Positions 1 through 11,231 of a stretch of 37,101 nt of DNA are shown in pieces (within the stretch, counting starts at the first letter, position 1; each line of letters opens with the position of its first letter). A program made the position numbers and the translations under genes. The notes under the pieces were generated by a model, which did not search any database, was not told the origin of the DNA, and saw only the letters and a list, made by a program, of their open reading frames with translations. The stretch is from Intoshia linei (Eukaryota; Animalia; Orthonectida): the NCBI GenBank assembly GCA_001642005.1, contig LWCA01000240.1:1-37101 (forward strand), given 5' to 3'.

Positions 1-425
1 TCGTCTGTCCCAAAATGTAAATCTAATAAAATTAAAAAAAACGAGTTATATATAAGTTAAAAATCACCCGCCATAAAGTCTAAATTAGATTTTTAAATTT
101 TCACAACTAATAAATAAAATACCATTAAAATCATTGTCACTTTTTGACTTTTTTAAATGGGCATCTGTCCCATAAGATAAATCTATTAAAAAATTTAAAA
201 AAAAAAAAAAGACATCTAAAACTTGGAAAATCATTGTCACGTTTTGATTTTATTCTTTTTACTAAATGGTCGTCTGTCTCAAAAGGTAAATTTAAAAAAA
301 TTAAAAAAAACGAGTCATATAAAACTTTAAAAAATCACCCGTGATATAGTCTAAATTAGATTTTTAAATTTTCACAACTAATAAAATAAATACCATCGAA
401 ATCATTGTCACTTTTTGACTTTATT
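1..425. repeat. Direct tandem repeat of about 270-nt period, member of a dispersed repeat family
   Basis: 1-150 (tcgtctgtcc...aaatcacccg...tctaaattagatttttaaattttcacaactaata...aaatcattgtcactttttgactt) recurs at about 270-425, and the sub-motif aaatcattgtcac occurs three times. Confidence 0.8.
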
Positions 426-661
426 CTCGATTCTAGAAGGTTGTCTACCAATGTACGCCCAATTAAATCTCTCAGTTTTTCTATTTTATAAATAAGGATA
501 CATTTTAAATAAACAACCTGCACCAAGTCCGACAAGTAAAATAGAAATTATTAAAATCCTCATTTATTAAAAATATTAAAAATTATGATCTAATTAAATT
601 TAAATGTTCCAAATAATGATGCTCGAATAAAATTACAGAACATGATATGAAATTTATTAAA

Positions 662-3600
662 TTACAAAAAATATTTATGTACAGCTCTGAATCCTTCACT
701 TTTGTAATCTTCTTTTGAAAGCCACATTTTTTTAAAAGCTTCAAGAGATCCAAGAATACTCCCACTAATAATGTGTCAAAATAAATAAACCACAAGTTAC
801 CCAATCCAGTTGGTATACATTCTATTAAAAGGTGCTGTAATCTAGAACAGTAATAAGTAAATTAATTAATAAAAAGACTTTAATTTTGGTATCTTTTGGT
901 GCAACAACTTTCATTTCTTTAAGTAAACGATTTCCAAAACCTAGTTATAAATGCATTATGAAATTTAACAAGTACCCTTAAACATTGTTGAACCCCCTGA
1001 CAGTATAATGTTGGAATATAATTCTTCTCGTATATCCATATCACATCGATTTATTGAATAGTTTAGTAACTGTGTCACTGAATCATATTCCGATGCTATT
1101 AAATTTGGTCTAAATAGTAGTTCTGGTGCTTTATGACAACATGATCTTAGCTAAATTATAGTACAATTATTGTATTACATTATTTTTTTAAATTTACAAT
1201 TTAAACTAACGTGCATATTATTATAAATATTTAATGATTCAAAACATTTTGGGTCTCGTCAACCCATAACATAAATGTCGAAATCATTACATTAGTTTTG
1301 ATTCAGATTAGCCAAACAAAATGGTTTTTTCAAATCAACCCATTTTTTTAAAAGTTATTATACTTAAACTAAACTCGACCATTCGAAATAGTTTGCGGTA
1401 ACGATTTATGAACACTGAAGAGTTAATATATTACTTCAATTTGGCTTCTATCGGGTAAAATATAAGTTTCTAAATCAGTCACAGTGTCATTATTAAATTT
1501 TAAATCCTCCTGAACATAACATTTTTTCTAAAAAGTAAAATTTATAATAATGAATGTATCAACTTTTCAAAAAAAAAGTTTGATGGTTTGGTTACCTGAA
1601 ATATTGATTATAACCTTTCGAAATAATTTTAAAACCTTTTTTTATTACAAATAAAAATACCTCTTTTAATATTTTTAATATTTCAAATTCTGCGGTAGTC
1701 GAAAAAAAATGACCCTCTTTTCGTAATAACAGCTTTAAATAATCCGTAATATCGCGACCAGCTATATCTGACTAAAAAATGATAATAAATAGGATGATTG
1801 TAGTTTTTACAAGTGTATTGGAACAATTGATCAATTAATTAACAGTATAGGTTGATAATACATTAAAAAAAATATATTAAAAATCATTTTTGACCAGGAA
1901 TACATAGATTTTTAAGGTTGAAATTTTTTCTCTAGACAGCCTGAATAAACTGCATCAAATTAATATTTATTTCATTTATTCTGGGATCATTATTTATAAA
2001 TATTTTTTATGTTAATGAAATAATTTCCAGAAAAAAAAGTAAATACTAAATCCCTTTTTGATCATAAAGGCATAATCTAGTGAGATTGAAATTTTTTAAC
2101 TTTTACTAAAAGTATGGATCTATATAATCCTTTGAATCAATAAACTTTTAATTGGAATAAAATAAATGTTTATAAATTATGTGTGCGCTGATATACAGTT
2201 GTCATATTTTGGATTTAAAAAATGTTGGACTATTTTTAGTTGATCAATTGTTCCTAATTATTATATATTATAATAAACCCTAGTTATTGCATGATTCATT
2301 GCAAAACCAGAAAACATGGGCACAACGTGAGTGACTCCATCTCCTGAATCCAAAACAACACCTGTAATTTTTCCAGTAGCATATCTTAAATAACATAATA
2401 ATACATATAATATAAATTATACAATGATAAAACAGCTTGCATAGTTACATAAAAGGCTGGTACGTTAAAGGTTTCAAAAAATATTTCTGCCATTTTTTCT
2501 CTGTTTTTCATGGGATTTAGAGGGGCTTCGGTAATTAAAACGGGATGTTCACCAGAAAAAACATCCAATTGATCTTTTCCATAAGTATATTCCCATATTT
2601 TCTCCATATCGCTCCAATTTGTAACCATACCATGTTCCATTGGGTATTTTATGGATAGTAGTCCGCGATTTTTCTTGAAAAAAATAATATTGTCTATTAT
2701 ACTTATATACTATATGCAGGGCCGTGGACAGCCAGAAGTAGGCCCGGGTCAGCTGGAAATTGTAGACCTCTATAAAAAATTTATTTTTCCGGTAAAATAA
2801 AAATGTCCCTCTCGACAGAGCTAGGATGCTGTTTGTACAGAGTACATAACAGTCAAGCTAGTAACTTTATAAAATATAAAATATATTTTTAATTGGCGTA
2901 ATATTCACATCATGATAATAATATAATTATTATTCTCGTAGTAATTTTCTGATTTATCTGTGAAATTTTGACATTTTTGACTTATTTTGACTTTGGATTA
3001 TATTTTTTAATGTTGCGATCGCGAAATTTTTAAAATTTATTTTTTGGCCATCACTTGTCATGTGTTTGAACTACCTTAATATACATTACTACTTTCACTG
3101 TTTTGTACTTCGTACAAACAGCACCTAACTCTGCAAAGGGGTACTTTTTTCATTCTACCAACAAAAATCTTACATCAACATACGACTATTCACTATTACT
3201 AATATTATAAAGGAATGGTCCCTAAAGGTGTGAAGACAATTTTTTCTTAACAAATTTAAATAAACACTAGGACCCTTAATTATACACTATTTTGTATAAG
3301 TATTAAATTTTTTTATTTAATGAAATAATTACCTCCAAAAAAGGGTAAACAGTATATTAATCTTTTGACCAAGAAGGCTTAGCTTAACATTGAAACTTTT
3401 TATATATTTTAACTAGAAAAAGCCGCATTAAATATGACCTTTTTTAAATTCTGAAACCATTACTTTTTGTTTGATACACAACCACACCACTACATGTTTT
3501 TAATTTTATAAACTAACGATAACACTGAACAACACTGAAAAAATTTCTGCTAAAAAATAAAATAATATCCAAACATGAATTATAATTTTTACATTCCTGA

Positions 3601-5369
3601 AAAAATTTTAAAAATTTATCTCGTAGTTAAAAGATTCATTAATATTTAAATATCAATATTAATAACTGTCATTTCTGTAGTTACATACAGCTAAACTAAT
3701 ATATAAAGTTGATTCATTTTCAAATGAATTACCATTATTGTATCAAATCAAATAATTATTGTCTAATTTGTACCTTACATCTAATAAAATCAAAAAAATC
3801 CTCCAAAACCTGTCTTAGAAATTGTAGTTTTTAAATTATACACCTCTTACTTTCGTAAATAAACTGGAACCCTCTTTAAAATTTTCATACAAAAAAATTT
3901 GAAACAAATTGATTTAAAAAAAAATAATGACAATTTGTTATTAAAAGATAATTCGGTTTTTGACCGGTAAGATGTAAGTTTCTGAAATTGAAATTTATCT
4001 TATTTTCTTCCGGGCAGTCATAAAACGAGGAACCATATGGCATTACGCATCATTTAAAAGAAATTTAAAAAACCCATTTTAGATTTAGTTGCCTCGGGTA
4101 TGATAATATGGATGTGAAGGTGTTACTTAATATGAAATGTCATTAACTACGTTTTTGGTGAAACAAAAAAAAATTGAAAAAAACTACTAATTTGTACTAA
4201 AAAAATGTATAATTACTTTAAAACTTTTTGAAATCCGTCAAAAAATTATTTAAAAGGGTACTAAAACATTTTCCAAGTTAACCGTCAAATTCGTCAAAGA
4301 AATTCGCTGAAATTTTCCTTCATCCCAACTTGCTCTAAACCAGTTTTCTAAACCTTTTAAGTGTCATGCCTCACTTTTATCCCTACGAAATTTCTATGCC
4401 TCACTATAATTTGTAACAAATATTTCCATGTAGCGTCGTAACATAATTTTTTATGTCTATATATTACAGCGTAACAAACTGGGGTAAAAAGTTAAATTAA
4501 AGTTTAATATACCTAAATATAATATACAATAAACCGAATTAATTTGTGATTTTTGAGTTTAGTGTTAATATTTTTAGTCTATCAAAAATATGCGAATTTA
4601 CCCAAGTTTAGTTTATCTTGTTCAAAAATTATCATTGATGTAACTTTACCTGGTAAAGTTTACCACTGTTTTAATGGTAGTTATAAGTTATAACTTTAAA
4701 GTTAAATGTGGTCAATTCCAAATATAAATGTAATGTAGTCAATGATCACTGATCATCATTGTAATCAGAAACGCATGTAAAAATACCTCTAAAAATATAT
4801 CTAAATTTTAATAAAAATTGAGCTTATAAATTAATTTGTAACAATAGAAGTCATTGATAACTAATCAATTATTTTGTTTTCTAAAATTTTTAAAGCCCAA
4901 CCAAATTTTATCAAGCCCCACCGGTGGGCGTACGCCCACGTTGTGAATCACTGCTCTAAACCAACCTGAATTATAATATACTGAAGGCCAACCAATTTTC
5001 AAAAATGTACCAAAATGTTATTATTAAATATTATTATGTAATGATATTAATGTACCAAAATCCACCATTAATTATAATTATAAAATTATTTTAAAATGTC
5101 CATACTTCTGCTGTAGGACCGAAAAATTCATTTTCTTCTAACGAACCAATCATGGCTCTATTGTATTTTGGTCGACCTACACTGAAAAAATTAATCCTAT
5201 TTTTTTAAAGATTTACTAATTTACAAATACGTGCTTCGGTTGAGATTCCCCTGCTATTCCCGCCTTCACAGTACCGGATCCCTAGATTTTTTGTTTTAAT
5301 CTTGTTGTAGACTTTATTTTAAATTACATTATCAATAATAATGGGTTGCAGATAATTAAAGACCGACAT
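662..5369 (-). CDS. ACTR1A: Actin-related protein 1 (centractin, dynactin ARP1), 11 exons
   Basis: Spliced translation: [14 protein letters not shown]|[22 protein letters not shown]|[15 protein letters not shown]...|[27 protein letters not shown]...[31 protein letters not shown]...|[22 protein letters not shown]...|[20 protein letters not shown]...|[11 protein letters not shown]...[13 protein letters not shown]|...[49 protein letters not shown] and LLLRKEG are ARP1 signatures rather than conventional actin. All introns are GT-AG. Confidence 0.92.
2781..3170. mobile_element. MITE-like element with about 80-bp imperfect terminal inverted repeats, in ARP1 intron 3
   Basis: agagctaggatgctgtttgtacagagtacataacagt (about 2817-2853) is the inverse of actgttttgtacttcgtacaaacagcacctaactct (about 3097-3132). 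Another copy of this module lies at about 26947-27030. Confidence 0.65.
4341..4953. mobile_element. Non-autonomous hAT-type element (613 bp) in ARP1 intron 3
   Basis: Ends cagttttctaaac / gttgtgaatcactg. Perfect 8-bp TSD ctctaaac at 4333-4340 and 4954-4961. Subterminal perfect palindrome gtgggcgtacgcccac. Confidence 0.8.
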
Positions 5370-5777
5370 TAACGTTTCAATTAACACAGAAACTCAAATT
5401 GATGGAAAGATTAATTTAATAAAATACTTTTCATATTATAAATTTTGTATATCATGGCATTTTTATACATGTTGCAATATTTTCTGCACAAGTCTATTTG
5501 TTTATGCATTACTAATTGACAATTTAAAATTATTTAATATGAATTCTAATGTGTACATTGTATAATTTCATGATTGTGTACAACAATAATCTTTATCGGA
5601 TAATCATGTCACGTCGATAAAAAATTGGATTGATGTAATTTTTTTCAATTTTTTAAATTATTGTATATTTCTATCGCAATGTTTATATTTCGTTCATTTT
5701 TAATTTACAAGTCAAACCAAAAATAATCAGTTTAATGTATATTTTTGTATTATTAGCCAATGCGTCCGAAACTTTTC

Positions 5778-8700
5778 AATTTCTCCCATGGAACCAAAAG
5801 GATATTATTTTAGAAAATCTGTAAAATTTAATAATACAACTGTTAATCTGGATACTTATTTTTTTTGTTTGTTTTAGGTGTTTTCAGATTTGCAACATTT
5901 CGAAAACTCGAGAAATGTTTTAATCCTACCGATAACAATTTTTGTTTTGAAAATATTGATAATCTTGATTCATTTTTTTTAATTTTCTTTTCTATTTATA
6001 ATTATTTTATTTGTCATTTGTATTGTAATATTTACCTGTTACAACACTGCATGATTGAACAGACTCACTAATGGAGGTTCGAAAATATGGTTCAGATCTC
6101 AAGGATCTTGTATCATCAATATTTTTAAGCAAAATCTTTTTTTGTATTTGAGGTGAAACGGATTCAATGTTTTCAATGTATTCTACATTTTATATTATTG
6201 TTAGTAGTTAGTTATTGTATTAATAATAAATAACAATATTTATAATGATGAAACATACTCATTTCTAAGTTTTCATTTGCTTCTGAAATTACACTAATGT
6301 TTGATAATCGACTGCTGGATTGACCATACATTTGACTCAACATTGGATTTGAAGTTTTAATAATTTTATCTTTTTTTAGTTTATTTTCTACATGCTTTAT
6401 AACATCTTTATTTACATTGTTGGCGAGTGATATAAATTTTATGGCTAATGAAATATTAAATAATTAAATATGTTAACATTACCTCTTGATTCCAGATAGG
6501 TTATTGCTTTTTTAAAATTATGCTCAAATTTTGTAGTATTTTCGATTAATCTTTTCATTATTGAATAATAATTGGAATGAGTAATTTGAGAATTTTTATC
6601 AAATATAAATTCATTAAATGCACAACTTTTTAGAAATGAGTCTATAAATATAATTTTAAAAAAATGGCAATTTGTGGTTTTCGTCGTGAAAATGCACTTT
6701 TTTGAGGTTGCCATTTATTATAATGATTATAATTTTAAAAATTATCCCAAAATTTATGTTTAAAAAAATTTTAGGAAATGTTTTATTTTTTAAACATACG
6801 GTAATTTGTGGTTTTGACCATGTGGCGTTTCTGAGGCTGAGATTTACGACACTGTTAATGATTTTAAAACTTGTCCCAGAATTTATATTTTATGTTTAAA
6901 CAAAAAAGCAAATTGTGTTTTTAACCCTGAAGGACTCAAATTTGGAAACTGAAAACTAGATATAAACACGGCCTGGAAAACACTGTTAGAAATTGAGTTT
7001 TTTAAATTCTACGACTCCTTTTTTAGATATACGGTAACACAGACATTCCATCCTAACTTATATAATATGCTACGCGATTTTTGTTTGTGTGTGTGTTAAG
7101 CTTTATTTAAATAACTACCCGACTTAGAATTTTATAAAGTCCACATTTCAATTACAGTTTTTTCCGGGACGTATAGTAAGATAAATTTCAACCTCCTAAT
7201 TTCACATATTACGGGTCAAAAACCCCAGTTATCCCTCTTTTTGAAAATCAAACGAGTTTAATATATAGTTTAATAATTTTTTTTTTAATTTTAGGACTGT
7301 AGTATTTCTATACATAACATTTTACTAAAATTATAAAGATACTAATTATCACTCGATAACTCAAGAATCTTTAAATAATGTAAACATTAATTGTAAATGT
7401 AAATTTTAATTGTATTTTAGCTTAATTAAATAAATAATTATCATATTTATTACAAATACAATTATATATTTCACATTTTTTGTTTTAATAAAATATTTCG
7501 GAAAAAATATATGAATACTAAAATGCTATTTTGACCGTAAAATCGTCACTTATTCGGATTGAAATTTTTTATGTATATTAATAGGATACAACTGTAGCAC
7601 CTGTAAATTTTTTGAAATTCTAATGCTGTTTTCATTAAAAAAAGAAAGGGGAATTTGTGGTTTTGGCCCTAAAGATATAATTTTTTTAAATTTAAGTTTA
7701 TGATTTTCAAAAAGAGGGACAACTGGGGTTTTTGACCCGTAAGATGTGAAATTTATCTTAATATACGTCCCAAAAAAAATTGTAATTGAAATGTGGTTTT
7801 TAAAAATGTAAAAATACAGTCTAATTCCGTTAATATGGAATTTCCCCCATAGTATTACCTTAGTTAACGGAATTTAATTTATTTAAATAAAAACCAATAA
7901 CTGGTTACATTTCTTGTTATTATGAGTTTTTGAATAATACATGACCAAGTAATATGCACAAAGCATTATCAACGGGTCCATGAAAAATTTTATAAATTTC
8001 AAATTGTTTACAGATATAAAATAGTTAAAAATGATATTTTCGCATTTGTCATCTAATTTAACAATTATTAAAAATTTGATAAAAAACGTAATAAATTGAC
8101 TTCCAATTGTTACCAAAATTAGTTGATATTTATGATTCTCTTAAAAATAGATTGTAGAGCTTTAGAGATAAAATTCGTTAAGAAAAAATATATATTTTAA
8201 AATTCCGTTAATGTGGAATTTCCACTACGAATGTCGATATCGCAATATTAAAATATAAAAATTACACTCTATATTCGATTCTACATTGTGCCGTTTTTGT
8301 CTCATTTTAATTACAGTTTGATCAATAATCCACCGATTTATTTTAAAATAGATGGTAATTTCTTCGTCGTTTAATATGTTCTTAAAATGCATATAGAAGG
8401 GAACTAATATAAGCTAAATCATAAAATTAACCTTATATTGTTATATGGCGACCCGTAGAAGAACACTATTTTACATGTAAATGAAAATTACTTCAAATAT
8501 GCAAGATTTAAACCCATCCAATTCAGCAAAATATAACGCTAATTTATCAATACAAGTTTGCGGAGTATTTTCATCAACACAAATGATGGCTTGAATGATT
8601 CTCACATATAAGAGCCAAAATTTTCTAGAAAGTTCATCAATTTTTTCAATTTGTAAATATTCGTCAAATAAGTATTTAGAATACGGAATTGATAGAGTAT

Positions 8701-9030
8701 TTAAAGGTGGATATGTACAATACATACACTTGATTATTTCTTTGCCATTACACACATCAGTCATTAAATATAGAGTTCGGTTAATTGTCTGTAGCTCCAG
8801 TCCAGTTAGGTATAATTTCTTTTTGTTTTTTCGGGTTGACAGCTTACCCATGTAAGGTTACTGAAATTATTAAAATATGTTGAAATCTAAAGTTTACAAC
8901 TTTGTAAACATTATAATTTTCGATAGAGGTGAAGTTAGCTTATTTATTTAAGCAAATATAATCTGCTGCAATCTAAAAATTTACCTCGCCATTACATAGT
9001 ACACCAACAATTACCACACTTTAATTTCTA
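5778..9030 (-). CDS. Uncharacterised multi-exon protein-coding gene (ends approximate)
   Basis: Open, mostly phase-compatible GT-AG exons at about 8490-8795 (TINRTLYLMTDVCNGKEIIKCMYC...ELDGFKSCIFE), 6484-6640 (SFLKSCAFNEF...TYLESR), 6258-6445 (AIKFISLANN...NENLEM), 6036-6181 (KYIENIESVSPQ...SCSVVT) and 5856-5991 (EKKIKKNESRLS...). No family motif recognised. Confidence 0.5.
6665..7070 (-). mobile_element. Dispersed repeat with internal atttgtggttttg subrepeats and a Helitron-like terminus
   Basis: Homologous to 10340-10906 (e.g. ctgaaggactcaaatttggaaactgaaa vs tgaaggactcaatttctgaaaatgaaa) and to 3810-4000. The end cagacat...aacttatata resembles the end of the 10.9-kb copy. Confidence 0.5.
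7141..7796. repeat. Fold-back inverted repeat (about 100-bp arms) in an intron
   Basis: 7141-7249 (ccacatttcaattaca...gggacgtata...cgggtcaaaaaccccagttatccctctttttgaaaatca) is the near reverse complement of 7701-7796 (tgattttcaaaaagagggacaactggggtttttgacccgtaagatgtgaaat...tatacgtccc...tgtaattgaaatgtgg). Confidence 0.8.
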
Positions 9031-9566
9031 TAATTTAAAAGACAAGTTCATTTTTAATAATCCATGAAGTAATCCAATGAAATATTGTATAAATTAATAA
9101 AATTTTAAAACTTACACACTTTTTATCTTAACACGCTGCAGATATTTTAAATTAAGTTAAATCAATATCCAGTAGTTTTGATTTTTGACGTTAGGTTTAA
9201 TTTCTAGAACCCCGGAAAACAAAAATATTACATTTAATAATTTATAAGAATTTAAAATTTTAATAAATTTTACATTATAACGTAATGTACCGACAATTAG
9301 TTAATGATAAAGTTAGATATGTCTATATCACAATAAAAAAGGAATTGAATAATTATAGACAAAAAATAAATAGAGCATAACCTCTGGTAATTAAATTATT
9401 GTATGACTGAGTTAAATCAATTGTTAAGATTAGTATATTGAATATTTGCGGGACATATTTGACAAATAATTAGTTACTAAATGAAAATGTGTAATGTGAC
9501 GAGTTTTGATTAATAATATTTAAATTTAAATGTGATTTGTATAATTAATTTAACGTTTTTATGTAA

Positions 9567-9875
9567 ATGGATGATTATAGCGAATTATATTTTCATACAG
9601 ATCTTTCTGATGAAAAAGTCACGTTGACGAAAAAACAGAGAATTGAACAGATGAAAATAAACGCAATGAAACAAGCTTCTAAATACAGGATCGAAGCTAT
9701 CGTTAATGCGCACACTCATTTGAGAAAAATTTTAAAATTCACTAATCGAATCAAAAAATTTGTGACCAAAACCTCTGTTATTAAATCTGATAGTGAAACT
9801 GAGAATCCTTTTCCGAGAAGCACCGTTACAAACCGATTGCCATCAGTTTTTGATAAACCATTTCGTAATTTATAA
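9567..9875 (+). CDS. 102-aa ORF, possibly the first exon of the LRRC74-like gene
   Basis: Clean ATG-initiated ORF. A GT donor at 9865 (TTT C|gtaatt, phase 1) is phase-compatible with the acceptor at 11231 (ag|TT AAT AAT GAA). Confidence 0.5.
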   Translation: MDDYSELYFHTDLSDEKVTLTKKQRIEQMKINAMKQASKYRIEAIVNAHTHLRKILKFTNRIKKFVTKTSVIKSDSETENPFPRSTVTNRLPSVFDKPFRNL

Positions 9876-10099
9876 AAATTTCAAATATTTTATCATGTAA
9901 CTACAGAGTAGAGATTTAATATCATTAGTTTTGTAATTTTTACTAACAATAAATGAGAGAAGAGATTTATTGGTGTATATTTTTAATGTTGTATATCAAT
10001 TTTTTAAATTTTACTAATTAAAAATGGTAATATATTTCTAATTCAAATCAATTTAAATTTAAAAATAAAACTAATCCAGATTTTTGTATTCTAAATATA

Positions 10100-10906
10100 T
10101 AAGTTTGCGGTCAATTTTTTTTTTAAATTGTAGGAGGAATATTTACATTTTGATTTTACTGATTTACAAAAATTTGTAAAAAATAAAAAAAAATAGTAAA
10201 GTGATTTTTTGATTATGAAGGCGTACCTTTCTTAGATAGAAATTTTTTGTGTATGTTAACTAGAAATAACTATATTATCCAACTTTTTTTTAGAAATTTT
10301 AAGACTTTAATTTTAATTTTTTTTATTTTTCAAAATAAAGTCTAATTTGTGGGTTTGTCGTGGAAATAGACTTTTGAGGTTTAAATTTATGATAATTTTA
10401 ATGATTTTAAAAAATGTAGCAGAATTTATTTTTATCAAAAATTTCAGACTCTTAGGATAAAAAACAGTAATTTCGGTTTTAGTCATATAGGTAGAGCCTA
10501 ACCTACCCGCTCCAGACCACCCGAAAATGAAAATAGCCCCCTAAAAATGTAAAAACATTATTGGACTATTATCATTTTTACAAAATTGGGTATTTTGTGG
10601 TTTTGGCCGTGAAGATATAAGATTTTCAAATTGAAATTTAATCATAATGATATCTTTTAAAAATTTATCAGATTGTGTATGTTTTATAATTTCTCGGATT
10701 CATTTGAATTTTAAAAAAAAATAATTGGGGTTTTTCACTTTGAAGGACTCAATTTCTGAAAATGAAATTTGCGATAAAACATCACTCTCGAAACACTCTA
10801 TTGGAAATATGTATTCTTAAAACTACGCCTCTTCTTTCTTAAATAAACTGGAACAAACAAATAAATAAACAGACATACATTTTTAACTAAATTACTATAT
10901 AAGGAT
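10100..10906 (-). mobile_element. Non-autonomous Helitron-like or dispersed repeat
   Basis: Repeated atttgtgg(g/t)tttg..cgtg(g/a)a units. The minus-strand end reads atccttatatagtaatttagttaaaa(a)tgtatgtctgtttatttatttgtttgtt (TC start plus gtctgt/tttg microsatellite), as in Helitron 5' ends. Confidence 0.45.
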
Positions 10907-11231
10907 TTACCATTATAAATTTTAATCGATTGCTAACCCTAGCTGGCACGCATTTTTAGCAATTTTTACTTTATATAATAGTAATTTCTAATTGAAAATA
11001 ATGCATAAATTTTAAATTTGAAAAGTTAAGTAAATAAATGTACATAACCATTTTTTAAAAATATGATATTATACCCGGGTTTCTTGATTAATGATCCATA
11101 ATTCAAATATAAAATAATATTACTCTGCTCAGCACAATGTGCTGGTTAACCACGATGGACATTCTTTTTCTTATTCAACAATGTGTAGTTGGAAGGAATA
11201 TTAAAGTTTTATTAATTATTGAATATTTTAG

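Noticed and set aside
10931-10945. ctaaccctag telomerase-template-like motif
   Set aside because: An isolated 9-10-mer with no supporting pseudoknot or H/ACA context.
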